Assembly: GCA_964234715.1 (NCBI GenBank)
Contig: OZ174279.1
DNA: 64,000 bases
Direction: 5' to 3' (one strand)
Source of the DNA: Podarcis melisellensis
Lineage: Eukaryota
Shown: positions 40,901-52,354 of the stretch, in pieces
Layout of the letters: every line of letters starts with the position of its first letter
Numbering within the stretch: the stretch's first letter is position 1
The notes under the pieces: model-generated
Databases searched by the model: none
What the model saw: only the letters and a program-made list of their open reading frames with translations
Told to the model about the DNA's origin: nothing
Position numbers and translations under genes: made by a program

Positions 40901-41635
40901 CCATAATTAGGCTTGAAAAAAGCTTTCTAAAGGAGAGAGGGGAAGTAGGAAAAATAGCAGATGATGAGGGCTGGGTAGGGAGGCCTCAAGGGCCACATCC
41001 AGCCCTCAGGCTAGTGGCTCCCCAGCAAACTGAGATGTTTGCTGGGGTCCCCAGCAAACTGAGATGTGTTAGAAACTGAGATATGAAAGCTAGGAGCTAA
41101 ATGGCACCTTAAAGCTAGGTTCTGGGCGCAACAACAGAATTTCTAGGCACTCTTTTCTTATAACAAGAATACAAAGCTGAAAATGAATGAACCGTAGCTA
41201 AAATATTATGTTCATTTTTCACATGATCTAGTCCTTCCCCTGCCCACCCCCCTAATATTCTGAAGAGGGTCTCTTATCCAGTCTTCAGAGAGTAGCTGGA
41301 AGTGAGGAAACAGAAAAAGGTCCTCCTTTCCTTCCACTCTGCAGTTTTATCCTGAAATCTATGGTGCAGTACTGCGCCCAAAGCTCAGAAAATGGGTGCT
41401 TTAAAGAAATCCCCGGTCACAAAATGTGCCTAGAACAATGGGAGTTTTGAACACTGCCAGCAAAGTAATATTTGAGTATGTAGTAGAAGCTGAATATGCC
41501 ACTTTCATGCAGAAGTTATCAAAAAGGGATTTTCCAGTAGCCTTGCCTTGCAGTCTTACCTTTCACTTGCTGCTGAGCAAGGCCGCTGCGATGTTCAGCA
41601 AAGCTCTCCTGGGTCAAAACTGCCACGGAGCTCAT
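15532..41635 (-). CDS. HDLBP: Vigilin / high density lipoprotein binding protein, multi-KH RNA-binding protein; complete CDS, 26 coding exons, 1267 aa
   Basis: Starts MSSVAVLTQESFAEHRSG (ATG 41635-41633) and ends APKTLPWGPKR* (TAA 15534-15532). Exon lengths sum to 3804 nt. 14 GxxG-type KH loops (IGKSG, IGPKG, IGKKG, IGQKG, IGKGG, IGAKG, MGPKG, IGRKG, IGARG etc., two degenerate). All introns GT-AG. Confidence 0.98.
16612..16740 (-). CDS. HDLBP: HDLBP exon (LADVVDNE...GNTEK)
   Basis: AG/GT boundaries, 129 nt. Confidence 0.93.
16968..17084 (-). CDS. HDLBP: HDLBP exon (VDIRFPQSG...LEEEY)
   Basis: AG/GT, 117 nt. Confidence 0.95.
17610..17840. mobile_element. Decayed mariner/Tigger-like MITE
   Basis: TA|CAGTTGTAC start; internal similarity to the 51392 and 61111 copies; right end degenerate. 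Confidence 0.6.
17971..18156 (-). CDS. HDLBP: HDLBP exon (SQDQITITG...IMDEFK)
   Basis: AG/GT, 186 nt; alternative AG 6 nt inside. Confidence 0.92.
18387..18530 (-). CDS. HDLBP: HDLBP exon (ALRNFKLT...KDDESQ)
   Basis: AG/GT, 144 nt. Confidence 0.95.
18950..19309 (-). mobile_element. Sauria SINE (Squam1), full length
   Basis: Closely similar to the 9273 copy; TSD tagaYttaaatctt (18936-18949 / 19311-19324). Confidence 0.9.
19801..19935 (-). CDS. HDLBP: HDLBP exon (VNIQVPAPE...EQEDR)
   Basis: AG/GT, 135 nt. Confidence 0.95.
20359..20463 (-). CDS. HDLBP: HDLBP exon (ALVPVTIE...MMDEFE)
   Basis: AG/GT, 105 nt. Confidence 0.95.
20858..21012 (-). CDS. HDLBP: HDLBP exon (PTAESPAQENG...KEALQ)
   Basis: AG/GT, 155 nt; in-frame alternative acceptor 12 nt inside. 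Confidence 0.88.
21686..21824 (-). CDS. HDLBP: HDLBP exon (EAQVTIEC...DREENV)
   Basis: AG/GT, 139 nt. Confidence 0.93.
22645..22863 (-). CDS. HDLBP: HDLBP exon (DNVIEDSM...IIDDL)
   Basis: AG/GT, 219 nt. Confidence 0.95.
22971..23192 (-). CDS. HDLBP: HDLBP exon (QTKSYTVD...LIKNL)
   Basis: AG/GT, 222 nt. Confidence 0.95.
25289..25507 (-). CDS. HDLBP: HDLBP exon (ANIAEVEV...LAEEK)
   Basis: AG/GT, 219 nt. Confidence 0.95.
27117..27248 (-). CDS. HDLBP: HDLBP exon (IREECSTKID...IQKEL)
   Basis: AG/GT, 132 nt. Confidence 0.95.
27390..27476 (-). CDS. HDLBP: HDLBP exon (VENSYSIS...ANIKK)
   Basis: AAG acceptor/GT, 87 nt. Confidence 0.94.
27892..28005 (-). CDS. HDLBP: HDLBP exon (VIINFPDP...MVADL)
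   Basis: AG/GT, 114 nt. Confidence 0.95.
28328..28383. repeat. (GGAA)n microsatellite
   Basis: ~14 perfect units. Confidence 0.95.
29152..29256 (-). CDS. HDLBP: HDLBP exon (ENERTKDL...DKFPE)
   Basis: AG/GT, 105 nt. Confidence 0.95.
29531..29670 (-). CDS. HDLBP: HDLBP exon (NRIKDQYK...LASRM)
   Basis: AG/GT, 140 nt. Confidence 0.95.
30196..30274 (-). CDS. HDLBP: HDLBP exon (INRMDYTE...KSGAN)
   Basis: AG/GT, 79 nt. Confidence 0.95.
30774..30878 (-). CDS. HDLBP: HDLBP exon (VHIEFTEG...MVKDL)
   Basis: AAG acceptor/GT, 105 nt. Confidence 0.94.
31867..31901. repeat. (TG)n microsatellite
   Basis: ~17 units. Confidence 0.95.
32217..32324 (-). CDS. HDLBP: HDLBP exon (ANSFTVSS...QQMPK)
   Basis: AG/GT, 108 nt. 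Confidence 0.95.
33030..33236 (-). CDS. HDLBP: HDLBP exon (KKKTTTIAV...EVYAK)
   Basis: AG/GT, 207 nt. Confidence 0.95.
33825..34040 (-). CDS. HDLBP: HDLBP exon (DKRAVERL...IYEEK)
   Basis: AG/GT, 216 nt. Confidence 0.95.
35563..35769 (-). CDS. HDLBP: HDLBP exon (ASATVPIPK...ISAEQ)
   Basis: AG/GT, 207 nt. Confidence 0.95.
38244..38459 (-). CDS. HDLBP: HDLBP exon (VFHVPLEE...QLQTQ)
   Basis: AG/GT, 216 nt. Confidence 0.95.
38999..39153 (-). CDS. HDLBP: HDLBP exon (AALNAEEE...SVITQ)
   Basis: AG/GT, 155 nt. Confidence 0.94.
40280..40505. mobile_element. Tc1/mariner MITE, same family as 8075
   Basis: TIRs, TA TSD, near-identical body. Confidence 0.9.
41560..41635 (-). CDS. HDLBP: HDLBP first coding segment (MSSVAVLTQESFAEHRSGLAQQQVK); the exon extends to 41672 with 37 nt of 5' UTR
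   Basis: gaccATGa start, gtaaga donor, ctaccag acceptor at 41673. Confidence 0.95.
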
Positions 41636-43411
41636 GGTCGATTTCCCACCCACGCACAATCCGGGTATGCCACTGGTAGCGCAAAAGGGGAAACATCGTA
41701 ATAATTACTAGCAGGATGCATTTAAATAGGGAGGGGAAGTAGAAGTGGCGTGACTGGCTACTTGCCTGGCACAAGCTGAAACTGTCCCTAGCTGAGTACC
41801 TCTTCCTAGCCCCAACTATTTCTCCTAGGGCTGTAAGCAGTGCCTTTCTTCCCAGCCAGCCTGGAAAAACACTGATCCATTGCTTTCGCTGCTGCATGGT
41901 ATTACTTCCAGTTATTCCTTTGAGGCTGGGAAAGGTTGCTGCAAAAGCACTTCTCCTTCTGGAAGCAACAGTAACATGCCCACCGCCTCCTCAAGCAGCC
42001 TTAAACGTCAGTGACAGTAAGTTGCACTAAAATGAGGAGCTGTTGGTTGCATTTTTAACATTACAAAATATAAAATGAAAAGATGTTATCTTGGGAAATT
42101 GTTGACTAAATCAGTCTGCCTTTGCTGCATCTGCCACAAATGCAGCATGTATTTTTACATGTTGTAAGGCAGAGAAGCGAACATTGGCCTTATATGCTCC
42201 CCCCTAATACACAGAACCTTCAATATGACCAGAACCTAAATCAGGGCTTTAGGTGCATCTACATTACTTCACATGCAGGGTTTAGTTCCTTTGCCAGTCT
42301 GATAGCAACAGCCAATTCTAGATACGTTAGAATAAATAGAACAACCTGATTTCTTTGAAAGAGCAATCTAGCCAATAATCACTTTGCGATTGTCAGAAAG
42401 TAAAGAATACCTGGAGGTGGGGACATATAACCCCAACCATCTTGGTTAATTGGGCACGTACAAAACTCTCTAGCACTATTCTGAATGCAGTTATACAAAG
42501 TTAGCCTTCAACTGTCCCAGAGAACAAGTTAATTGTGTGCCATGTTAAAGGTACTTACTTTTTAGCCCTGCTGCCTCTTAATTATAAGAATTAGGAAACA
42601 ATTTGTGAGAAAGGGAACATAATCTCTTTTCACTTTATCTACACAATTGTAAACCTCTTTTCTGTCCCCCTTAATTATCTTGTTTCGGAGCTAATCTAGG
42701 TATTTTAAGCATTTACACAGAATTTCTCCCCTTAATTGTTTTATCCTTTTTTCTACTTTTAACTTGGGTATTATTGTTAGGAGGAGGTGGGAATATTCAA
42801 TGTAAGGGTTTAGCAAGAAACACTATTTTTTCCCTTTCCTTCTTACTGGAACACTAAAAACAATAATTCTTAAAAGCAGCAGCTGAAGTTCATTCCGCAT
42901 TGGGCACGGACCATATTCAACTGTGTGGGCTATAGTTTCCTTTTAAAATACCAGCTTTAAGTGCAAGCATGCATGTGCGCAAGCACACCTTGAAGAACCA
43001 TTCTTTGTTACAGGTAATTGCAGGAGTATTTCAGTTAAGTCATGTGAAATCTATGAATAATTAATGGGCACTACTAAAAACAAAGGGGGTAGTGAACTCA
43101 ATAGCTTTGCTAGTGCAACAGGATTTCCCCCTCTCGTCCCCCTGCAACACCCCCAAACTGCTCACAAGGGTAGGGGGAGACCGCCAGAACAGATTGCATG
43201 GGTAAAAGCCAAAATATTTATACTATCTGAGGAGAAACCATATTGCATGGAGGGGGTGGGGAGAGGTGGAGAACGTTCCATTGAGCAAAGAGAATTCCTT
43301 TCACGGGTTGAATTTTCTTAGCGCTACACTGAATACAACTCCTAGCGTTCAATAGGACCATGGGCCAGAAGTCTGACATACAAACTTAACCACATAGATC
43401 TGTAAACTTAC

Positions 43412-43476
43412 CAGCTAAATGGTCAGTAGCCAGAAAGTCCGTCCTGTGAGCTGCCTGTTTGTCAGCCTGCCAGCTT
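43412..43476 (-). other. HDLBP: HDLBP non-coding 5' UTR exon (65 nt)
   Basis: Strong pyrimidine tract with aag-cag| acceptor and |gtaagt donor. The sequence (aagctggcaggctgac...caggacggactttctggctactgacc) resembles mammalian HDLBP exon 2 as I recall it. Confidence 0.8.
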
Positions 43477-46191
43477 CTGCTTTGGGGAAAGAAAGAAACA
43501 GTAGTTACTCTGCTCTAAGAGTGCTAAAATTCCTTGAAATCACAATACAGTTTCATGAGTTTGGAAACCACTCAGGTAAACCTGAATCAGGATCCGAAGT
43601 GTAAATTATTATTTTTCAATAATGAATTTGCAACCTGCCTTGCATCAAATGTACTTCCCCACAAAAAGCAAAATACAGAACAGACAAGTAAACAATTTAA
43701 AATCAACACACAAAAGGAGGAAACGTCACTGTTCATATCCACATTTCAGCACATTCTTAACCCACTCATCCACATATAATCTGAATGCTGAACATAATGA
43801 ATCTATACAATCAAAAGTTATACCGGCAACACTTAGTATTTTATTTCTAGAAAAATAAAAAATTGTACTAGCATTTGGGTGCAACAGTACAGCAAAGTGT
43901 TCTGCGTCATCCAAATAATCTCATCAATTTCAAACAATAATTTAAGATTTCCTATGGACTTAACTGCCTGTCCATTCTCCAGCACAAAACTACCCAACGT
44001 AATTTTAGGCTAAGAAACAGTAAATGAATAGCAGATGTAAGATATGAATTTGAAGTTTCATGGCTGTAAAAGCATCTGCAACTGGGTGACACACAGAGAA
44101 ACTAACAGATTAAAAACCTGCCAAGAAAACGGACATCAGTCAGAAGATAGGATAACAAGAGTTTTATTAAATCAGCTCCTGGCAACTCTAAGCTCTGATA
44201 TGTGCATGTGCGCGCACACACATACCAATGCCCAACTTGTGCACATGTGTATGTGGCTGGCATTTTGAAAACTCTACATGAGGCAAGAGCTCCAAATTTG
44301 ACCAGAGATCTTTGTTTGAAAACAGACAAGTTACCAACATATTTCCAACATCCCAACAGGAGTTCAGTGGGAGTTAGATGTCTAACTACAAATACCTGTG
44401 CTACTGGGTAAAACTGATCAAACCAGCTTAGAAAAACAGCAGCAGCAGCAGAGACAGTCAGCATTTATGGGTAGGGCCATAATCTACTTTGAACATTTCT
44501 TGGAACAAGTGCAATCCCAGCAAAGTCAGCTTGAACGAGGCTGGAGCATCTTTGTATTTCCTCGCTTTTAAAACTAAATTTGAAATGCACAGCTGTAATC
44601 ACCTAAGAAGCATGTGATCGCTGCTCCAGAAGGAAAATGAAGGACAAGGATAGGAACCTAAAACTGTAATTGTTGGGAAATGACCCAGAAGGAAGAGAGC
44701 TGAAAATTTAATACAAATACATATATTTTAGCAGGGCTAACATGCTTGCCACTCAGAAAGCTTACAGCATTAACACAGGGCACTAACATCAGGAATTTGG
44801 TGGCTCTATGACACAGATCTAGGCCTGGTATTGGTAAATAAAAGTGGATAGATTTTAAATGGTAATCAAGAATGTATATACTGAATCATGACAACTGACT
44901 TACTGTGAACAAAACTGGGGTACAACACAGTGTTACTTGCACCAGGGTCAAGCTGGGATAGACTAGAAGAGCATGTGCTCTGCATGAGCCAACACTGAAT
45001 ATTCATGTCACTATTCAAGGCCTGTCACTGCTTTAGACAAGGTGGCTTAACAGAAAACCAGTGTGGCATCTGCACTATTGTGGGACAGAAAGTACATCTG
45101 CCGGCACATGTGGCCACAGCTCAGACTGCAAAAACAAATAATCTGTCCTACAACCCTTAACGGAAGAAGATTGTCAAGGAGTTCATGTTAACTATGCTTC
45201 CCATCTATTTTATCAAACTCTTTAGAGCTTCATGGAGCCATAGAATTGTAATGTACACCAAGGGTCATCAAGTCCAACCCCTTGAAATGCAGGAATTGTA
45301 GCTAAGGAATCCCTGGCAGATGGCCGGCCAGCCAACCTCTGTTTTAGGTTAGGCTGACAGAAGACGGCAACCACCCCAAGGTTGCACCCGGTGAGCATCA
45401 CAGCCAGGCAGGGATTGGAACCCTGGTCTCCTATACTGGCTCTCAAGAAAAAGGTACTAGGAGGACTCCAGGGTTAATCATGACTGACAGGCTCAGCAAG
45501 CTGCAAAACAGGAACCGTGGTACAGTGCTCTCCTTACTTTTACTGTCACTAGCATACAGAGGTCTGACTATGTATGTTCTCCCCTTGGTCTGGCCCTATT
45601 CTCAAGGCAGTCGTTCTCCTGGCTCTGCCACCTTTTCTGGCCCCCAACACCCTATGCTCAGAACTTCCTGCTAGCTGGGTATGGGTTTAGTGGCTTAACT
45701 TTGTTCCAGGAAGGCTGAGCTCAAGTTGAGACCGTTTGGGTGCTGTAACTTGATTTAGTGCCTGCCTGACAGGAATGTAACCTCGTGGCACAGCTGCTGG
45801 TTTCATCATGCCCCCAGAAGCTGCACAGATTTGAATGGCAGAGGCTTGAGAAAATGTTACTTATGAAAACAATGAAATGGAATAAAACCATGTTCAAAGC
45901 ATGCTCAAAGAGGCTTACAACATTGGGGGGGGGGGGAGAAAATCATTGGTTTTCAAGCAGTGTGCCTTGGCACCCTGAGGTGACTTGAGGAATGGTCTGA
46001 AACGTTGCTGTATGCTATGGAGATTAGACCAAGGCACTGCTTTAGCAGAATATAATAAAATAATATTGGGCAAGGTGAAGAATGGCAAGGGAAGGCAACA
46101 GACGGATGGGAGGGGAAATAGCTGCAAATCACTTGGCAATGCCAGAATTTTGTAACAGCTGGGGGTAATTCTGATGTCAGTTCTTGCTTCC

Positions 46192-46195
<4 letters not shown>

Positions 46196-46243
<48 letters not shown>

Positions 46244-46475
46244 TTATTTATACCCTGCCCGTTTATTTATTCCCCAGCCACTCTGGGCAGCTTCCAACAA
46301 AGTATTAAAATACAGTAGTCTATTAAACATTAAAAGCTTCCCTAAAGAGGGCTGCCTTCAGATGTCTTCTAAAAGTCTGGTAGTTGTTGTTCTCTTTGAC
46401 ATCTGGTGGGAGGGGGTTCCACAGGGCGGGTGCCACTACCGAGAAGCCCCTCTGCCTGGTTCCCTGTAACGTGGC
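46196..46475 (-). mobile_element. L2-type LINE 3' end with (TTA)n tail
   Basis: QRGFSVVAPALWNPLP...FRRHLKAALFREAF; (TAA)n at 46196-46243; homologous to 58228-58445. Confidence 0.8.
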
Positions 46476-46879
46476 TGTAACAGTGAGAAAACCGCCAGAA
46501 GGTGGAGACGCTCCTTCAGGTATATGTACAAGATGCATGGGGGAACTGAGATAAAGAATAAAAGACTCATGTATGTTAGACTAATGCCTGACCATTCCAG
46601 TCATCTTTACCCATTTTCTTGTTTCCTCCATGTCTACGTAAGACAGAAGTACAGAAAGTTATTTTAAAACAAAGACAAGAAACCTACGATAGGACACTGC
46701 TAAGTCTGTCTCAAGCATCTTATGAGGAAAGCAATGAAAGTAAGAAATTACGATACAATCTGGCTTTGGAGGGCAAGTCATCACCTATTTCATGTGTGAT
46801 CTTTAAGAAAGAGAGTATGGCGCTCTTGGAATAAGAGGGCAACTTGGCTACACGGGTTGTAACTGTCGAAGAATAATAT

Positions 46880-47100
46880 CATTAATGGCTATTAGCCATG
46901 ATAGCTAAGCTCTGCCTGCACATTCAGAGGCAGCAGTGCTTCTTCTGAACACCAGTTGCTGGAAAACATAGGGGTGGGGAGTGTGCTCTTGGGCTTGAAT
47001 CCTGTTTGCCAGTTTCCTGTAGCCATCTGGTTGGTCACTGTGAGAACAGGATGTTGGACTACATAGACCACTGGCCTGATTCCACAGGATCTTCCTAGAT
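46880..47100 (+). mobile_element. Older CR1-type 3' end
   Basis: ...cactgtgagaacaggatgttggactacatagaccactggcctgattcca tail. Confidence 0.55.
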
Positions 47101-47689
47101 CATTATTAATGGCTGGCCGGTTTATTCAAATCCTGGGGCCACAATGAAAATACAATGCAAACTCATGTGTGTATTCTAATTATACTACTAATAAATCTGC
47201 ATTAACATAATGGATGTTAAGCCACAATTAGTGAAAATATTGCTATCTTCAGTTATGTTATGCCCTGTGGCACACTGCCAAACGCAGATGGCTGTTGTTT
47301 AAGATTAGGATCACTTCATCGATCAACTGCTTATCAACGTTTAACAAAGAAAACATTTTATCTCAAAAGTATGCAAGCACTGCCAAAAAAAGAAGCAAAA
47401 AGGCAAAGTGCTGCAGCATGGATTAATTTAAAGCAAGGTGAAATGAAAGTTCTTTTTCAATTATTCATCCAAAATAATGTCTCTCACTGTGAAATTCACG
47501 TTTCCTGGCTCCTATAAAAACAATGAAAGGCATTTGTTTAACACTGAGCAGAGCCCAGGAGCATAATTCAAAACACTTTTGTATATGTGCAACAAGCACT
47601 GTAGAATTACAGCTGCATATACATGCACAAATAATAATTTACTTTTAGTCTAAGAATACAATCCTGAAAAGCCAATAATTAAATATAAA

Positions 47690-48400
47690 ATTTTGATAGA
47701 TACAAAAGGAAGAGGTGCTTTGCTCTGCCAGACTTGCAATTGTACGAGGCATCTTGTTTGTGTTGTTTAAAGGAATGGACTGTATTGGATAATGCAGATA
47801 TTTTAGACTTGGAAGGCCAAGACTTAAACTTCATCAGGCAGGTATGTCTTCGGTATGAACCACATTCTCAGGAAGACTTTGTACAGAGTCTGGGAGAAAT
47901 ATAAAAATCTGCTAGGAAAAAAAACACCCCACATTGAAGCAATTACAATTAAGAGAGTTAATATGGATAGACAATGGGCGACTTACAGGGAATTGTTGGA
48001 CTTTGCAGGGGGCGAACCCAGACTGAAACCTATGGAGAACTTAAGAAGCCAAGTAACAGATTGGGTACAATACCACCAAATATATGGTATGTTTAAGGTA
48101 GACCCAAAAAATGTTTTTTTGGACCAAAGCTCACAATTTGAAAAAGAACTTTTACAAAGTAAGGATAAACTTCTGTCTAAAATGTATATTTTTTTATCAG
48201 AATGGGAAACAATAAACAAGCCAGAAGAGTTTATGAATGCAACAACAGTGGCCCGTGTTCTGTTAGCCCAAAAATGGAAAGTGAGCGAAGTCCCTTGTAC
48301 AGAGGACTGGACACTTATGATGTTAGAATATGCAGAACTTGCAAGAAGAAGGTATATTTAAAGAAGAGTGGGAAATATTTAATATATGGAAAATAATTGT
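47690..48400 (+). mobile_element. Decayed L1/Tx1-like LINE ORF2 C-terminal fragment
   Basis: Broken frames giving (F)ALPDLQLY...LKEW, NHILRKTLYRVWEKYK, ARVLLAQKWK..P..EDW; A-rich sense strand. Confidence 0.65.
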
Positions 48401-48629
48401 ACACAGCTGATCCATTTTATTTGCTTAGTAAAATGAAGATAAATGAAGCACACTGCAAAGTTCAAATAGTTGGAAGACTTAAAACAGGAGTACAAATATC
48501 AACCATAGAGGCTTCCATGCATAAACCAAGTGACAAACAGTTCAGCATATCCTACCTCCTTGCTAGTCTGTGGTTGCAGAAAACACATGACTTGTGACTC
48601 ACTCCTCCCCAACAATTTTTATACATATA

Positions 48630-48830
48630 CAGTGGTACCTTGGGTTACAGACGCTTCAGGTTACAGACTGTGCTAACCCAGAAATAGTACCTTGGGTTAA
48701 GAACTTTGCTTCAGGTTGAGAACAGAAATTGCACGGTGGTGGCAGCGGGAGGCCCAATTAGCTTAAGAACAGTTTCAGATTAAGAATGGACCTCCAGAAC
48801 GAATTAAGTTCTTAACCCGAGGTACCAATG
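48630..48830. mobile_element. Tc1/mariner MITE, same family as 8075, opposite orientation, internally deleted
   Basis: TIRs, TA TSD. Confidence 0.85.
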
Positions 48831-50859
48831 TAAAAGCAGCCTTTGGTTCAATATAATTGATAGGGGATCATAATACCATTTAAGCCATTACAAGAAAAAA
48901 CTTTTAACATTATTCAAATTTACTTTAAAAACAGCAGTGTCCTTTTAATATATCTTTTTTTAAAGGGGAGGGAGTAAATTCTTTGACTGTGTGACATCTG
49001 TTAGTCATACTCAGAGCAGATATATTGAAATTAAGTTATTTAAGTCACTTAAGTCCATCCATTTCAAGCAATCTACTCTGAGTTTGACTAATGTTGGATA
49101 TAACCTTATGTATTTTATCCTGTCCCCTGAGACAGGTACATTTCCAATACTGGAGATCAAATAACTCTTCACTTCGAAATTCTCAGGTGGCATAGCAAAA
49201 TAAGTAAATAATAGATAGTATTACTTAACTGAGACAGCCATCTAGCGCTACTTTTGCAACATTATCATGTTACTTTTTCAGTATGTGCCTCACCTGTTTA
49301 TTTATTCATTTATAGAAGGACACCCTGCTCCTATACAACAAGTCTTTGCTCCCACAATTTCTTTGCAACCCAAAGGCCTGGATACTGCCAGTGCTAGCCA
49401 CTAGAAATGGTTACAAACAGCAAAATAAATAAATCCTAACATTTCATACCCATGCATTTGTTATTTCTAATCCTGTTTATACACACCCTACTCTCTAACT
49501 TCTCTTTGCAATTAAAAGTCAAACTTTTAAAATTTTGTAATAAAAAAAATAAATTAAACATGCCCCATTTATAATAAAGAACTGCAAGGATCCCCCCCAC
49601 CCAAAGTCTTGTACTATTTCACGGAGAGAGAGAGAGCTACCAAAACATATGGGAGGAGGATTTTTAAAATCAGCCAGCTGAAAGAGAAATGCTTCACGAA
49701 TCAAAAGCTGAGATGTCAGCAGGTGGAGAGGCAGACTCCTAAGGTTACAGAGACCTAACAAGCAACAGTACCAAGCTCACGTATTTTCCATTTTAGCCAA
49801 AGAACTAGACTACAGGAATAATTATCCACTTTGCTCAAAGAATGGTCAGCAGGAAGAATTAAGAGTACGCTTGCAGAAAGAAAGTTAGGTTATCCAGTGG
49901 TGAATCCACCATAAAATTCTCCTGTATAAGTCCCAAAGAAATGAACAGGCAGCAGCGCTCTTGCATTTCAATGGGTTTATGCTGGGCAACATATTGGTGG
50001 ATTGCATCCCTTGTCTCATTTGCAGCAAAAAGGAAGATTTGTGTATGACCTTCCCTCCTCTGACACAAACAGGAGGAGACTCCCAGAGGCAAAGGAAACT
50101 GGTGATGGATATGGGGATAAGGATGGATATCAAACCAGAGAGATGAAAGGTGAAAGAGGACAGTGAATTTGGAGCATTCATCACTGGCAGCAAGTTGAAG
50201 AGCAAGACTACAGCAGAACAAAGGGAAGCATAAAAGAATTCAGCTCTGGGTAGCAAACTGCAAATGCTTCATAAAGGAAACTGAAAAAAGTAGATCTGCA
50301 CACATGTTTGGACCAATGTTATTGGGGGAGGGGAAAATAACGAATAAGCCACATAATTATTATTTTTTTTAAAAAAACACATATTGAGCAAGCAGCAAAC
50401 TCCTGTTAATTCCGTGGAAATGGTTTCTGTGCAAAACACAAAGTATGCATGCACCCTACATGTCTAGCTATAATTTAATTTTCAACAAGATCGGCGTTTT
50501 CAGACAGCAACAGCAAATCATGTGGCAATTTAATCTATTTTAATTTAAATGGTTAGCATTTTGTTAATAGAAGCCATTATATATAATTAAATGCAGAACA
50601 AAAAGGGCTGAAACACTACACTTCGAAGTCCTGTTGATTACAGCAAGGTCAAACAGAACAAACATTCCAAATCACCAACTATTTGTTCTCCACAAACTGA
50701 AAAGACCCGAGCATGCTTAACACATTTCTCTGGTCATTCCTCGAATGTATCAAAGTTTAAGCTTTTTAAAGAGGAAGCAGCAGTGAAAAGAGCCAGAGGT
50801 TTTAAAAGCCTTATGTGATCAAACTTGGACTTGTCTTTGGATTAAGTGTTATGGAGTTG

Positions 50860-51080
50860 TGCTGTGGTAGTTAGAGTGTTGGACTATGACCTGGGAGACC
50901 AGGGTTTGAATTTCCACTAAGCCATGAAGCTCACTGGGTGACCTTGGGCCATTCACCATCCCTTAGCCTAACCTACCCCACAAGGTTGTTGTGAGAATGA
51001 AATGGGGAGAAGAACCATGTACACCACCTTGAGCTCCTTAGAAGGAAAAAGGTGGCATAGATATGTAATAAACAAACAAA
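50860..51080 (+). mobile_element. Older tRNA-derived squamate SINE
   Basis: Same family as 9645-9856. Confidence 0.7.
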
Positions 51081-51097
51081 CCTTCACTTTTAAGTCA

Positions 51098-51160
51098 TAT
51101 AGATATAGAGATAGATAGATGATAGATGATAGATAGATAGATAGAGATAGAGATAGATAA
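51098..51160. repeat. Imperfect (GATA)n microsatellite
   Basis: Direct reading. Confidence 0.85.
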
Positions 51161-51391
51161 AAAAGCAAGTAGAGCCAGAAATCATGTCTGCCCCCTTGTG
51201 CAAGAACACAGGTATGGCCGTTCCATCTATTAGGTTTCCAATGTTTATTTATTATAGTAAAGAAAGGATTCATAGCTAGGCAAGACAACACCAGTGCTTC
51301 AACTGCAAAGTACATGATCTTGCAGAAAAAAGCATCTACCTCCATCCTAAAAAGCAACAGCTCCGTTTTTTGTCGATCACCATCTCCTGTA

Positions 51392-51633
51392 AAGGCGTAC
51401 CTTGGTTAGCGAACTTAATCCGTTCCAGGAGTCAGTTCGACTCCCAAAACCATTCGCAAACCAAGGCACAGCTTCCGACTGGCTGCAGGAGTTTCCTGCA
51501 CTCAAGTGGAAGCCATATCGGAAGTTCAGCTTTCGAAAAACGTTCGCAAACTGGAACACTTACTTCCAGGTTTGCAGCGTTCGGGAGCCAATTTGTCTAG
51601 CAACTAAGCCGTTCAATAACCAAGGTATGACTG
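51392..51633. mobile_element. Mariner/Tigger-like MITE
   Basis: Degenerate TIRs; reverse-complement relative of 61111-61352. Confidence 0.75.
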
Positions 51634-51969
51634 TATACTGCATCCTTACTTCCCCCAAACCTAGTATTCCCAATACACCACCCCATGACTTTATATGCAC
51701 GCCTGCTAATAAAAAAATGACAACATAGCTAGATCCGAACTCAATATCCATCTCATCAAAGGGCTAATAGTGCTTATGGATGCTCAGGATTGGGCTGCAG
51801 GCTTTTTGCCATGTTAATGAAATAGCTGCCCTGTCTACTTTTTCCAAGGTTTGGCTTGCTAACTATTCTGCCCTCATGGGATTAACCAGGGCTCCATGTC
51901 ACATAAGTTTCCACAGCCCAAAGTTATAGGTCCTAAGACTTTCAGTTTCCTGTCATGAAACCCTATCAC

Positions 51970-52097
51970 CAAACTCAGCCCTCCAGATGTTTTGGGACTA
52001 CAACTCCCATCATCCCTAGCTAACAGGACCAGTGGTCAGGGATGATGGGAGTTGTAGTCCGAAAACATCTGGAGGGCCGAGTTTGGGGGATGCCTGC
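51970..52097. repeat. Short palindromic DNA-transposon-derived repeat (actacaactcccatcatccc family)
   Basis: Long internal inverted repeat; relatives at ~3280-3385, 11445-11578, 17275-17400, 26265-26395. Confidence 0.7.
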
Positions 52098-52354
52098 TCT
52101 GTCACAAAATGAAAAAGCTTATCAGGGTCTACGAGGGTAAAAAGGCTAAGTTATGCGAAACAATGGTGATTAGTAAGAAATAACTGGTCATTTTAGTAAC
52201 CAATCCCTCATGAAGTAGTATGGTTGGCAGTTTGGACCAGTTCCCATGCAGGGTGGGAGGGCCGATCTTAAAAAAACCACACACCAAATAAACAGTGAAT
52301 GTCTATTTGTCTTCTCAGAAGGAAATCTACTTTAGTACAGCTTACCCCAAGGTA

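Noticed and set aside
47855-48361. 168-aa ORF
   Set aside because: Frameshifted, internally deleted LINE ORF2 relic, not a host gene
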